From Rhodospirillales bacterium (GTDB lineage Bacteria > Pseudomonadota > Alphaproteobacteria > Acetobacterales > Acetobacteraceae), in contig JBEPTZ010000005.1 in NCBI GenBank assembly GCA_041691815.1, positions 1,007 to 65,006 on the forward strand: a stretch of DNA of 64,000 nt. Direction: 5' to 3'. Made by a program: the position numbers and the translations under genes. Below the pieces are notes generated by a model. The model was not told the DNA's origin and did not search any database. It worked only from the letters and a program-made list of their open reading frames with translations. Shown piece after piece: positions 31,364 to 41,475 of this stretch; position 1 is the stretch's first letter, and the number at the start of each line of letters is the position of its first letter.

Positions 31364-32374
31364 ATGAACCAGGTTGCCGCCATTTCCGACCACGCTGTAC
31401 CGACTTCCTCGATCGACATGCCCGATACGACGGTGAATGCCCGCGAGGTATTCGGCGTCGATTCGGATATGCAGGCGCCGGCTTTCTCGGTGCGCACCGA
31501 GCATGTGCCCGATCTCGACCCGGCCTACCGCTTCGACAAGGAGACCACGCTGGCGATCCTCGCCGGCTTCGCCTTCAACCGCCGGGTGATGATCCAGGGC
31601 TATCACGGCACCGGCAAATCGACCCATATCGAGCAGGTCGCCGCCCGCCTCAACTGGCCGTGCATCCGCATCAACCTGGACAGCCATATCAGCCGCATCG
31701 ACCTGATCGGCAAGGACGCCATCGTGCTGAAGGATGGCAAGCAGATCACCGAATTCCGCGAGGGCATCCTGCCCTGGGCGCTGCAGAGCCCCTGCGCGCT
31801 GGTGTTCGACGAATACGATGCCGGCCGGCCGGACGTGATGTTCGTGATCCAGCGCGTGCTGGAGGTCGAGGGCAAGCTGACCTTGCTCGACCAGAACAAG
31901 GTGATCCGCCCGCATCCCAGCTTCCGGCTGTTCTCCACCGCCAACACGGTTGGCCTCGGCGACACCACCGGCCTGTATCACGGCACCCAGCAGATCAACC
32001 AGGGCCAGATGGACCGCTGGAACATCGTCGCCACGCTGAACTACCTGCCGCATGGCGAGGAAGTGCGGATCGTGATGGCCAAGATGGGCATGGACCCCAA
32101 CGACGCCAAGAAAAAGAAGCAGATGGAGAGCATGGTCGCGCTCGCCGACCTCACCCGCGCCGGCTTCATCAACGGCGATATCTCCACCGTGATGTCGCCG
32201 CGCACGGTGATCACCTGGGCCGAGAACGCCCGCATCTTCGGCGATCTCGGCTTCGCGTTCCGGCTGACCTTCCTGAACAAGTGCGACGAAGCGGAGCGGC
32301 AGACGGTGGCGGAGTACTACCAGCGCTGCTTCAACGCCGAAGTGGCGACCGGCGGGTTCATGACCAAGCGGTGA
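31364..32374 (+). CDS. cobS: cobaltochelatase subunit CobS-like AAA+ ATPase
   Basis: Walker [31 protein letters not shown] and Walker [15 protein letters not shown]. 336 aa. Confidence 0.9.
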   Translation: MNQVAAISDHAVPTSSIDMPDTTVNAREVFGVDSDMQAPAFSVRTEHVPDLDPAYRFDKETTLAILAGFAFNRRVMIQGYHGTGKSTHIEQVAARLNWPCIRINLDSHISRIDLIGKDAIVLKDGKQITEFREGILPWALQSPCALVFDEYDAGRPDVMFVIQRVLEVEGKLTLLDQNKVIRPHPSFRLFSTANTVGLGDTTGLYHGTQQINQGQMDRWNIVATLNYLPHGEEVRIVMAKMGMDPNDAKKKKQMESMVALADLTRAGFINGDISTVMSPRTVITWAENARIFGDLGFAFRLTFLNKCDEAERQTVAEYYQRCFNAEVATGGFMTKR

Positions 32375-32443
32375 GGCAGGCGTTGGGCTCCGCCCTGGCT
32401 TTGATTCCGGCACGATGAGGCGGCCCAGGACGATGAAACAACG

Positions 32444-34321
32444 ATGAGCGGCACCAACAAGGACAACACCCGGTCCGAGGAGTTCAAGCGGGCCACCGCC
32501 GGGGTGCTGCGGGCGATTGCGCAGAACAACGAGGTGCAGGTCGCCTTCCAGCCCGGCCCGTCCGGCCTGGCCGGCAAGCGCGCCCGCCTGCCGCTGCCCA
32601 CCCGCGCCCTGCCGCCGGCCGAGATGGCCAAGCTGCGCGGCGCCGCCGACAGCCTGGCGCTGCGGCTGCGCCACCACGACGACGCGGTGCATGCCGCCCG
32701 CATGCCGGCCCGGCGCGAGGCGAAGGACGTCTACGACGCGCTGGAGCAGGCGCGCGTCGAGGTGGTTGGCTCCGAGCACATGCCCGGCGTCGCCTCCAAC
32801 CTCGCGGTGCGGCTGAACGAGGAGTGCGAGGCCGAGGGCTACGACCGCATGACCCGCAAGGACCAGTTGCCGATCCAGGCGGCGCTGGCCCTGCTGGCGC
32901 GCGAACGGATGTCCGGCCAGCCGCCGCCGCCGGCCGCCGCCCGCGTGCTCGATCTGTGGCGCGACAGCCTGGGCGACCTCGCCGAGGGGGCGCTCGACGA
33001 GATGGCCCGCACCCAGGCCGACCAGTCCGCCTTCACCCGCGCCGCCCGCAAGCTGCTGGCGGCGATGGACCTGGCCGAAGCCGAGGCCGACGCCGATCCT
33101 GACGAAAGCGAGGATGGCGAGGAAGGCGGCGAGCAGTCCGGCCAGCAGGATAATTCGCAGGACAGCGAGGGCCAGTCGCAGAGCGAGACCGACTCGACCC
33201 TGGGCGCCCAGCCGGAGGAGATGGAAGGCGAGGCGTCCGACGACGACTCCGCCGACGACGCCGACGAAGACGCCGCCGCCGCCGAAGGCGACGACAAGCC
33301 CGGCGGCCCGCAGCCGCGCCGCGACAAGCCGCTGGCCGACAACGAGAACCACTACAAGCCATATACCCGCAGCTTCGACGAGGAAATCGACGCCGAGGAT
33401 TTGTGCGACACCGAGGAACTCGGCCGCCTGCGCCAGCAGCTCGACCAGCAGTTGCAGCATTTGCAGGGCGTGGTCGCCAAGCTGGCCAACCGCCTGCAGC
33501 GCCGGCTGATGGCGCAGCAGACCCGCAGCTGGGATTTCGACCTCGACGAGGGCATCCTGGACGCCGGCCGGCTGGCCCGGGTGGTGATCAACCCGCTGCT
33601 GGCACTGTCGTACAAAACCGAGCGCGACACCGAGTTCCGCGACACCGTGGTGACCTTGCTGATCGACAATTCCGGCTCGATGCGCGGCCGGCCGATCACC
33701 GTGGCGGCGATGTGCGGCGATATCCTGTCCCGCACCCTGGAGCGCTGCGCGGTGAAGGTGGAAGTGCTCGGCTTCACCACCCGTGCCTGGAAAGGCGGCC
33801 AGAGCCGCGAACGCTGGGTCGCCGAGGGCAAGCCGCGCAATCCGGGCCGGCTCAACGATTTGCGGCACATCGTCTACAAGGCAGCCGACGCGCCATGGCG
33901 CCGCGCCCGCAAAAATCTCGGCCTGATGCTGCGCGAGGGGCTGCTGAAGGAGAATATCGACGGCGAGGCGCTGTCCTGGGCTTACCGCCGCCTGCTGCAC
34001 CGCCCGGAGCACCGCCGAATCCTGCTGGTAATCAGCGATGGCGCACCGGTCGATGACAGCACGCTGTCGGTCAACCCCGGCAATTACCTGGAAAAGCATC
34101 TGCGCGAGGTGATCAAGGAGATCGAGAGCCGCAACGTCGTGGAACTGGTGGCGATCGGCATCGGCCATGACGTGACCCGCTATTACCGCCGCGCGGTGAC
34201 CATCGTGGATGCCGAGGAACTCGGCGGCACCATGATGAAAAAGCTGACCGAACTGTTCGACGAGGATGCCGCCGCCGCGTGGGCGCGCAACGCCGCGGAA
34301 AAAGCCCCCCTGGTCGTGTAG
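32444..34321 (+). CDS. cobT: cobaltochelatase subunit CobT-like (vWA domain)
   Basis: 625-aa ORF with a central acidic tract ([29 protein letters not shown]...) and a C-terminal vWA MIDAS motif, LLIDNSGSM. Confidence 0.85.
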   Translation: MSGTNKDNTRSEEFKRATAGVLRAIAQNNEVQVAFQPGPSGLAGKRARLPLPTRALPPAEMAKLRGAADSLALRLRHHDDAVHAARMPARREAKDVYDALEQARVEVVGSEHMPGVASNLAVRLNEECEAEGYDRMTRKDQLPIQAALALLARERMSGQPPPPAAARVLDLWRDSLGDLAEGALDEMARTQADQSAFTRAARKLLAAMDLAEAEADADPDESEDGEEGGEQSGQQDNSQDSEGQSQSETDSTLGAQPEEMEGEASDDDSADDADEDAAAAEGDDKPGGPQPRRDKPLADNENHYKPYTRSFDEEIDAEDLCDTEELGRLRQQLDQQLQHLQGVVAKLANRLQRRLMAQQTRSWDFDLDEGILDAGRLARVVINPLLALSYKTERDTEFRDTVVTLLIDNSGSMRGRPITVAAMCGDILSRTLERCAVKVEVLGFTTRAWKGGQSRERWVAEGKPRNPGRLNDLRHIVYKAADAPWRRARKNLGLMLREGLLKENIDGEALSWAYRRLLHRPEHRRILLVISDGAPVDDSTLSVNPGNYLEKHLREVIKEIESRNVVELVAIGIGHDVTRYYRRAVTIVDAEELGGTMMKKLTELFDEDAAAAWARNAAEKAPLVV

Positions 34322-34364
34322 CCGCCGATCACGTCGCAGCAGACAGCCAACCGGAGGGAGCGAC

Positions 34365-35219
34365 ATGAACCGGGCTGAGAACATTGCTGTGCGGCGCATC
34401 GCCGGGGCGCTGGGGGCGGAAATCGGCGGCATCGATCTCGCGGTGGCGCTTGACGATGCCTGCGTTGCGGCACTGCGGGCCGCCTGGCTGGCACACGGGG
34501 TGATCTTCTTCCGCGACCAGCCGTTATTGCCCGCCGCCTTCCTCGCCTTCGCGCGGCGCTTCGGCGAGCCGGTCGAATACCCGTTCGTGAAAGGCCTGGC
34601 CGAGCAACCCGAGATCGTCCCGGTGGTCAAGCTCGAGCACGAGAAAGTCAATTTCGGCGGCATCTGGCACAGCGACACCGCCTATCTCGAGCGCCCGCCA
34701 ATGGCCACCATGCTGCTGGCGCGCGAGGTGCCGCCGCATGGCGGCGATACGCTGTTCGCCAACCAGTATCTGGCCTGGGACAGCCTGTCCGAAGCCATGC
34801 AGGCGATGCTGCGACCGCTGCGCTGCGTCAATTCTTCCGCCAAGGCCGATGTTTCCCGCACCCGCGAGGACCGCATGCGCGGTGACCACACGGCCGGCTC
34901 GGCCGCCGAACCGCCGCGCCAGTTCGCCGCCGAGCACCCGGTGGCGCGCACCCACCCGGAGACCGGCCGGCAGGCCCTCTACGTCAATATTGCGCATACC
35001 CATCATTTCACCGGCATGACCGAGGCGGAGAGCGCGCCGCTGCTGGCCTATCTGTTCGCGCATCAGGTCCGCCCGGAATTCACCTGCCGCTTCAGCTGGG
35101 CGCCGGGTTCGCTGGCATTGTGGGATAATCGCTGCACGCAGCACAATCCGGTCAACGACTACCATGGCTTTCGCCGTGCGATGCACCGTATCACGCTGGC
35201 CGGTGATGTACCGGTCTGA
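34365..35219 (+). CDS. TauD/TfdA family Fe(II)/2-oxoglutarate dioxygenase
   Basis: WHSDTAYLERPPMATML (HxD), the GGDTLFAN segment and the C-terminal RRAMHRITL are family motifs. GGAGGGA lies upstream of the ATG. Confidence 0.85.
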   Translation: MNRAENIAVRRIAGALGAEIGGIDLAVALDDACVAALRAAWLAHGVIFFRDQPLLPAAFLAFARRFGEPVEYPFVKGLAEQPEIVPVVKLEHEKVNFGGIWHSDTAYLERPPMATMLLAREVPPHGGDTLFANQYLAWDSLSEAMQAMLRPLRCVNSSAKADVSRTREDRMRGDHTAGSAAEPPRQFAAEHPVARTHPETGRQALYVNIAHTHHFTGMTEAESAPLLAYLFAHQVRPEFTCRFSWAPGSLALWDNRCTQHNPVNDYHGFRRAMHRITLAGDVPV

Positions 35220-35228
35220 AAAGTAGGT

Positions 35229-35681
35229 ATGTCTCATCATCGTCTCATTACGGCCCTTCTACCGCTGCTGCTGATGGCCCTCCCGGCCAGCGCTCAGCGC
35301 CTGCCGCAATACGTCGCCGGCCCATTCTCCGGCTTCGTGCTGGATTGCCAGCAGGCGAACCAGACGGCGCCCACCCCGAGCCGCATGGTGCTGACCGCCG
35401 ATCTTGACGGCGACGGCGTGGCCGACCACATCATCGACGCCGGGCGCGGCTGTGCCGCCAACCGATTGCTGTTCTGCGGCCCGGATGGCTGCGCGGTAAA
35501 CGTGTATCTGTCCACCGAATCCGGCCTCGGCGGCAGCTATCGGGCGCGCCGGGTGCACGTCTCCAAGGGGCGGCTGGAACTGGTCACCGACGGCCCCGCC
35601 TGCGGCAAGCCCGCAGGGGCTGAGTGCGTCGAAATCCATGGCTGGAACGGCACGGAACTGGTCCGCCAATCGATCGAATAG
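35229..35681 (+). CDS. hypothetical secreted Cys-containing protein
   Basis: Signal peptide MSHHRLITALLPLLLMALPASAQ. The protein contains several Cys residues. No family recognised. Confidence 0.5.
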   Translation: MSHHRLITALLPLLLMALPASAQRLPQYVAGPFSGFVLDCQQANQTAPTPSRMVLTADLDGDGVADHIIDAGRGCAANRLLFCGPDGCAVNVYLSTESGLGGSYRARRVHVSKGRLELVTDGPACGKPAGAECVEIHGWNGTELVRQSIE

Positions 35682-35708
35682 CCAGTCCCCGCCTGCGGCG
35701 GAGGCGGC

Positions 35709-36488
35709 CTATTTCTGCCGCGCCGCCGCCACCGCCTCCTGCAGATCGGCCAGTTCCACCGCGCCCGGCAGCAGTTGCCGGCCGATCACATAGGCCGGCG
35801 TGCCGTTGATCGACAGCTGATGCGCCAGTGCGAGATTGGCCTTGATCCGATCGGCGACCTCGGTGCTGTCCATGTCGCGCTGCAGTCGCGCCCAGTCCAG
35901 CCCGGCCTGTTCGCTGGCCTGCTTCAGCCGGTCGGTGTCGATATTAGGATTGCCGCTCATCAGCAGCGCATGCAGCCGGGTGTAGCCGCCCTGGTTCTGC
36001 GCCGCCAGCAGCGCCTTGGCGCCCAGCACGCTGCCGGGGCCGAGAATCGGGATGTCCTTGAACACCAGCCGGACCCGCTTGTCGCTCTTCAGCAGCTCCG
36101 CCATTACCGGCACCATGCGGCGGCAATACGGGCAGCGGACATCGTAGAACTCCACCACCGTCACATCGCCCTTGGGGTTGCCCGTCTCGGGGTCGGCCGG
36201 GTTGCCGATCAGCGCCGCCTGCAGCCCGCCGATCGCCCGCTCGGTCGCGGTTTCCTTGCGCCGCGCCTCGTCATCCTGCAGCGCGGAGATGGCGTCGCGC
36301 AGGATGGAAGGGTCCTGACGCAGCGCCTGGCGCATGATCTGCACGATCTCGGTGCGTTGCGCGGGGGTGAACGCGCCGACCTGGGCCGCGGCCGGCAGCA
36401 CCACGAGCCCGGCCAGCACTCCACCCAGCAGAGCGAGGCCGGAGAGCAGCGCACGGTGGTGGCAGGCGGCAAGCAGGCGTCGGATCAT
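35709..36488 (-). CDS. DsbA family thiol:disulfide oxidoreductase
   Basis: Thioredoxin-fold CPYC motif (FYDVRCPYCRRM). I chose the internal start MIRRLLAA for its signal/anchor. Confidence 0.8.
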   Translation of the reverse strand: MIRRLLAACHHRALLSGLALLGGVLAGLVVLPAAAQVGAFTPAQRTEIVQIMRQALRQDPSILRDAISALQDDEARRKETATERAIGGLQAALIGNPADPETGNPKGDVTVVEFYDVRCPYCRRMVPVMAELLKSDKRVRLVFKDIPILGPGSVLGAKALLAAQNQGGYTRLHALLMSGNPNIDTDRLKQASEQAGLDWARLQRDMDSTEVADRIKANLALAHQLSINGTPAYVIGRQLLPGAVELADLQEAVAAARQK

Positions 36489-36700
36489 CGGAAACTCCCT
36501 GAACGGCCGCGCCGTTGTCGTGCGCGCCGCCGCCCTGTGCAAGTGACAACTGTAAATGGGGCCTCCGCGCAGAAGACAAGCACGAACATCCGGTTGCCGG
36601 TGCTGGCGAACGTGTTTAAGGCATCATCCGGTAGCATGATCGGGCGCGGCGGGCCGAAGCGATATCGGCGGCGCGAAACAGGGAGCGGACCAGCAAGCGC

Positions 36701-38137
36701 ATGACCTCTATTCTGGCGACCCGTGCGGCATCCGTCCTGCTGGCACTCGGCCTCGTGACCACCGGCTGCTCCACCCTGGGCGGCATCGGCTCCGGCCTGT
36801 TCGGCAGCGACACCCCGGCCGCCGGCACCCCGGGCCACATTAAGGGCTTCCTCGGCGGCGTGGTGGCCGACGAGCCGACCGCCGCCCTCGCCGGCCGCGA
36901 CGTGCTGTCGGCCGGCGGCAATGCCGCCGATGCGGCGGTGGCGGTAGGGCTGACGCTGGCGGTCACGCTGCCGTCGCGCGCCAGCCTGGGCAGCGGCGGG
37001 GCATGCCTGGTCTACAAGGCCGCCGCCGGCGCCATCCCGCAGGGCGTGATGTTCCTGCCGCTCCCCGGAACCGGCCTGCGCGGCGACCGGCCCGCCGCGG
37101 TGCCGATGCTGGCGCGCGGCATGTTCCTGCTGCACGCGCGCTACGGCGGTAACCTCAGCTTCGCCTCGCTGGTCTCGCCGGCCGAGCAACTGGCGCGCTT
37201 CGGCGTCCCGGCCTCCCGCGCCTTCGTCCGCGACCTGGCGGTGGTAGCCGGGCCGCTGGCCGGCGACCCCGGCGCGCGGGCGGTGTTCTACCGCAACGAC
37301 CTGCCGCTGGCCGAGGGCGACCGCATGCTGCAACCGGCGCTGGCGGCCACGCTGGCACAGTTGCGCACCGCCGGCGTCGGCGACCTGTACCAGGGTACGC
37401 TGGCCAAACGGCTGGTCGACGGCATGCCCCAGGCCGGCGGCGGCCTCTCCGCCAACGACCTGCGCCAGGCGGTCCCGACCATCGTCCCGGCGCTGGAACT
37501 CGGCCTCGGCAGCGGCGACTTTGCCAGCTTCCTGCCGCCGCCGGCCGATGGCGGGCTGGCGACCGCGATGGCCTTCAAGGTGCTGCGCGCCAACCCCACC
37601 GCCTACGACCAGGCGCGCGCCGCCGCCCTCGGCATCGCCACCCAGTGGCGGCGCGGCGGCGGCGACCCGCAGGCGCTGCTGGCGGAAACCACGGTGCCGG
37701 CGGCCAGCCTGCCGGCGCTGCCCGCCTCGACCAGCTTCGCCACACTGGACCGCGAGGGCAACGCGGTGATCTGCGTGACCACGATGGACAACCTGTTCGG
37801 CACCGGCCGCATGGCGGCGGATACCGGCATCATGCTGGCCGCCTCACCCAGTGCCATGCCGCTGCCGCTGCTCGCCGCCGGCATGGTCACCAACCGCAAT
37901 ATCGACGCCTTCCGCGCCATGGCCGCCGGCACCGGGCAGGAAGGCGCACCAGTGGCCGCAGCCCTGGCGCTGGAGGAGACGCTGCGCACCAAACAGGTGA
38001 TGCCGGTGCAGCCGCCCGACCCCGGCCGCGCCAACATCATCACCTGCGGCAGCTATCTGCCGGGGCCGGAGGGCCGCTGCCTGTGGGCGACCGATCCGCG
38101 CGGCGCCGGGCTGGCGGTCGGCAGCAGCGCGAAATAG
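36701..38137 (+). CDS. ggt: gamma-glutamyltransferase family protein (lipoprotein)
   Basis: Lipobox LVTTGC. GGT motifs AADEPTAALAGRDVLSAGGNAADAAVA and TSFATLDREGNAV are present. Confidence 0.75.
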   Translation: MTSILATRAASVLLALGLVTTGCSTLGGIGSGLFGSDTPAAGTPGHIKGFLGGVVADEPTAALAGRDVLSAGGNAADAAVAVGLTLAVTLPSRASLGSGGACLVYKAAAGAIPQGVMFLPLPGTGLRGDRPAAVPMLARGMFLLHARYGGNLSFASLVSPAEQLARFGVPASRAFVRDLAVVAGPLAGDPGARAVFYRNDLPLAEGDRMLQPALAATLAQLRTAGVGDLYQGTLAKRLVDGMPQAGGGLSANDLRQAVPTIVPALELGLGSGDFASFLPPPADGGLATAMAFKVLRANPTAYDQARAAALGIATQWRRGGGDPQALLAETTVPAASLPALPASTSFATLDREGNAVICVTTMDNLFGTGRMAADTGIMLAASPSAMPLPLLAAGMVTNRNIDAFRAMAAGTGQEGAPVAAALALEETLRTKQVMPVQPPDPGRANIITCGSYLPGPEGRCLWATDPRGAGLAVGSSAK

Positions 38138-38139
38138 CC

Positions 38140-39300
38140 ATGGCGCTGAAAGTCGGCCAGGGCGCCGCCGCGCCGCCATTCCTGGTGATGGACGTGATCA
38201 CCGCCGCCAACGCCCGGCAGGCGGCGCTGCCCGCCGGTGCCGCACACGTGCTGCGCATGGAGGTCGGCCAGCCCGGCACCGGTGCGCCCTCCGGCGCGGT
38301 GGCCGCCGCCCAGGCGGCGCTGCGCGAAGCCCGGCCGATGGGCTACACCGAGGCATTCGGCCTGCCCTCGCTGCGCGCCCGCATCGCCGCCCACGGCCGG
38401 GACTGGTACGGCGTCGACGTGCCACCGGCCCGCGTCGCGGTCACCGTCGGCGCATCCGGCGCCTTCCCGCTCGCCTTCCTCGCCGCCTTCGACCGTGGCG
38501 ACCGGGTGGCGATGGCCACCCCGTTCTACCCGCCCTACGTCAACATCCTCACCGCCCTCGGCATGCAACCGGTGATGCTGGAGACCGGGCCGGAAACCCG
38601 GTTCCAGCCGACCGTGGCGATGCTCGACGCGCTCGACCCGCGCCCCGACGGCGTGATCGTCGCCAGCCCCTGCAATCCCGCCGGCACCATGCTGGCGCCC
38701 GACGAGCTGGCCGCCATCGCACGCTGGTGCCACGCGGGCGGCGTGCGGCTGATCAGCGACGAGATCTATCACGGCCTGCACTACGACCGCCCGATCGCCA
38801 CCGCCGCCGCCTTCAGCCCAAGCGCCATCGTGGTCAACAGCTTCTCGAAATACTTCTCGATGACCGGCTGGCGCATCGGCTGGCTGGTGCTGCCGGAAGA
38901 CCTGGTGCGGCCGGTGGAATGCCTGGCGCAGAACCTGTTCATCAGCGCCCCGCACATCGCCCAGATCGCCGCCGAGGCCGCCTTCGACTGCACCGAGGAA
39001 CTCCAGGCCAACATCGCCCGCTACCGCCGCTCGCGCGACCTGCTGGTGGCAGCCCTGCCCGGCGCCGGCTTCCCCCGCCTCAGCCCGGCCGAAGGCGCCT
39101 TCTACCTCTACGCCGACATCGCCGGCCGCACCAACGACAGCCGCGAATTCTGCGCCCGGATGCTGGCGGAAGCCGGCGTCGCCGCCTCGCCCGGCATCGA
39201 CTTCGACCGCGCACGCGGGCACCATTTCGTGCGGTTCAGCTATTGCGGGCCGGAGGCGGATATGGCCGAGGCGGCGGCGCGATTGGCAAAGTGGAAGTAA
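38140..39300 (+). CDS. pyridoxal phosphate-dependent aminotransferase (class I/II)
   Basis: PCNPAGTML and NSFSKYFSMTGWRIGW (PLP-binding Lys) motifs. It starts 2 nt after the ggt stop. Confidence 0.85.
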   Translation: MALKVGQGAAAPPFLVMDVITAANARQAALPAGAAHVLRMEVGQPGTGAPSGAVAAAQAALREARPMGYTEAFGLPSLRARIAAHGRDWYGVDVPPARVAVTVGASGAFPLAFLAAFDRGDRVAMATPFYPPYVNILTALGMQPVMLETGPETRFQPTVAMLDALDPRPDGVIVASPCNPAGTMLAPDELAAIARWCHAGGVRLISDEIYHGLHYDRPIATAAAFSPSAIVVNSFSKYFSMTGWRIGWLVLPEDLVRPVECLAQNLFISAPHIAQIAAEAAFDCTEELQANIARYRRSRDLLVAALPGAGFPRLSPAEGAFYLYADIAGRTNDSREFCARMLAEAGVAASPGIDFDRARGHHFVRFSYCGPEADMAEAAARLAKWK

Positions 39301-39352
39301 GGCCTTCTTTTTGTGAACAAAAAGAAGCAAAAAAACTTTTCGTCCCTTGGCG
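39301..39352. repeat. solo module of the AT-rich hairpin repeat family
   Basis: GGCCTTCTTTTTGTGAACAAAAAGAAGCAAAAAAACTTTTCGTCCCTTGG. It contains the exact 35-nt core at 39304-39338, in reverse orientation relative to 26893-26927 and 48081-48115. Confidence 0.75.
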
Positions 39353-39356
39353 GTGG

Positions 39357-39674
39357 TTACGGCTGGGGGGTGCCGAATTCGTGGACCATTTGGGTCATCG
39401 TGCGGGCGACGCAGGCGGCGTCGCAGCGGCCGGCAAGGTAGCCGGAACCGCAGGTCATCAGTTCGGCCAGAGCCGCCTGCAACGCCTGCGCCTCGGCATC
39501 CCGCGAACCACCGTGACTGCCTGCGGCCCGTTCCTGTTCGCCGTAGTCGCGCACCGCCTGAACCATCGTGTTCGCCATGCGATCCGCATCGATGTCGCCG
39601 TGCAGAAAGCCCGGCGCGATCGCCACCGCACGCTCCACCGCCGCCCGCATCCCAGCAACCAGATTCGTCGTCAT
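39357..39674 (-). CDS. hypothetical 105-aa protein with internal tandem duplication
   Basis: GC-rich third codon positions. Residues 9-45 and 65-101 are clearly related. No family recognised. Confidence 0.5.
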   Translation of the reverse strand: MTTNLVAGMRAAVERAVAIAPGFLHGDIDADRMANTMVQAVRDYGEQERAAGSHGGSRDAEAQALQAALAELMTCGSGYLAGRCDAACVARTMTQMVHEFGTPQP

Positions 39675-39711
39675 AGCCCGCTCCTTCTACGCCCCTGCAC
39701 GATCCACACCG

Positions 39712-39765
39712 CTGCAAGGGGATAAGTTTTTTGGTTCTTTTTTTCCAAAAAAGAACTGCTTCCTT
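39712..39765. repeat. solo module of the AT-rich hairpin repeat family, inverted relative to 39301-39352
   Basis: The reverse complement reads GAAGGAAGCAGTTCTTTTTTGGAAAAAAAGAACCAAAAAACTTATCCCCTTGCAG. It abuts the ETF-QO stop codon. Confidence 0.7.
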
Positions 39766-41400
39766 CTACATCCCACTCGGATAAACCGGCCCCCCACCTC
39801 CCTCAGGCGTGACCCAGTCGATATTCTGCGTCGGGTCCTTAATATCGCAGCTTTTGCAATGCACGCAGTTCTGCGCGTTGATCTGCAGGCGTGGCGTGCC
39901 TTCCTCGGCGCCGACGATCTCGTAGACGCCGGCCGGGCAGTAGCGGGTTTCCGGGCTGCGGTAGATATCCCAGTTGACGTCGATGGCTTTCGCGGGGTCG
40001 CGCAGCTTCAGATGCGCCGGCTGGTCCTCCGCGTGGTTGGTGTTGCTGATGAACACTGACGACAGCCGGTCGAAGGTGAGCTTGCCGTCCGGCTTGGGAT
40101 AGGCGATGCGCGGGCAGGCCTCGGCCTCCATCAGCGTGGTATTGTCGGGATGTTTGACACGCAGCGTCCACGGCGCCTTACCGCGAAATATATAGGTATC
40201 GACTGCGGCGTTGATCAGACCGCCGACCAACCCCCATTTGGCGAAGCCCGGCCGGATGTTGCGCACGCCGCGCAATTCGTCCCACAGCCAGCTGCCGCGC
40301 AGCTTTTCCGGATAGGCGGTCGGCTCGTCCACCCCCTCCTGCCCCAGCGCCGCGGCAATCGCCTCGGCCGCCAGTATGCCGGATTTCATCGCGGTATGCG
40401 TGCCCTTGATCTTCGGCACGTTGAGGAAGCCGGCGGTATCGCCGATCAGGCAGCCGCCGGGGAAGGTCAGCTTCGGCAGCGCCTGGAAGCCGCTCTCGTT
40501 GAGCGCACGCGAGCCATAGGCAATCCGCCGCCCGCCCTCGAAATGTCCGCGCATGTCCGGATGGGTCTTGAGCCGCTGCGTCTCCTCGAACGGCGACAGC
40601 CAGGTGTTGCGGTAATCCAACCCGATCACATGGCCATAGGAGACCAGGTTGTTGCCCCAGTGATAGACGAAAGAGCCGCCATAGGTGGCGCGGTCGAGCG
40701 GCCAGCCGATGGTATGCTCGACCAGGCCCGGCTGGTGCCGCTCGGCGGGGATTTCCCAGAGTTCCTTGATGCCGATGGCATAGGTTTGCACGTCACGGCC
40801 CTCGGCCAGGCGATAGCGCGCCACCAGCTGCTTGGTCAGCGAGCCGCGGCAGCCTTCGGCAAACACCGTGAAGCGGGCACGCAACTCCATCCCCTGAGCA
40901 TAGTTCGGGCCGTGGGCACCGTCGCGGGTGATGCCCATGTCGCCGGTGACGATGCCGACGATGCGGCCGTCCTCCTCCAGCAACTCGGCGGCGGCGAAAC
41001 CGGGATAGATTTCCACTCCCAGTGCCTCGGCCTGCTGCCCCAGCCAGCGGCATACGTCGCCCAGCGAGGAGATATAGTTGCCATGGTTGTGCATCGTCGG
41101 CGGTGTCGGCAGCCGGAACGAGCCCTTGGCGGTCAGGTAGATGAATTTGTCGGTCGTCACCGGCGTGGTCAGCGGCGCGCCCCGCTCTTTCCAGTCCGGC
41201 AGCAGTTCGGCGAGCGCGCGCGGCTCGATGACCGCGCCGGAGAGGATATGCGCGCCGACCTCGGCGCCCTTCTCCACCACGCAGATGGCGGCGTCCGGGG
41301 CGAGCTGCCTGAGGCGGATCGCCGCGGCCAAGCCCGACGGGCCGGCGCCGACGATCACTACATCGAAGTCCATCCGCTCGCGCTCAACTGCCTCGGACAT
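39766..41400 (-). CDS. electron transfer flavoprotein-ubiquinone oxidoreductase
   Basis: FDVVIVGAGPSGLAAAI FAD motif and a C-terminal 4Fe-4S segment (CVHCKSCDIKDP). I chose the internal start MSEAVERE, which is preceded by AGGAGGA. Confidence 0.9.
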   Translation of the reverse strand: MSEAVERERMDFDVVIVGAGPSGLAAAIRLRQLAPDAAICVVEKGAEVGAHILSGAVIEPRALAELLPDWKERGAPLTTPVTTDKFIYLTAKGSFRLPTPPTMHNHGNYISSLGDVCRWLGQQAEALGVEIYPGFAAAELLEEDGRIVGIVTGDMGITRDGAHGPNYAQGMELRARFTVFAEGCRGSLTKQLVARYRLAEGRDVQTYAIGIKELWEIPAERHQPGLVEHTIGWPLDRATYGGSFVYHWGNNLVSYGHVIGLDYRNTWLSPFEETQRLKTHPDMRGHFEGGRRIAYGSRALNESGFQALPKLTFPGGCLIGDTAGFLNVPKIKGTHTAMKSGILAAEAIAAALGQEGVDEPTAYPEKLRGSWLWDELRGVRNIRPGFAKWGLVGGLINAAVDTYIFRGKAPWTLRVKHPDNTTLMEAEACPRIAYPKPDGKLTFDRLSSVFISNTNHAEDQPAHLKLRDPAKAIDVNWDIYRSPETRYCPAGVYEIVGAEEGTPRLQINAQNCVHCKSCDIKDPTQNIDWVTPEGGGGPVYPSGM

Positions 41401-41475
41401 GCGTCCTCCTTCGTGCCTGCCCATATATGGGTGCTATTCGTAGTCTAGGCATCGGCAACGGTTGCGCAAACACCG

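Noticed and set aside
30563-34678. 1371-aa minus-strand ORF antisense to the J-domain, cobS and cobT genes
   Set aside because: This is the same shadow-ORF artefact. The plus-strand genes have unmistakable Walker, vWA and J-domain motifs.
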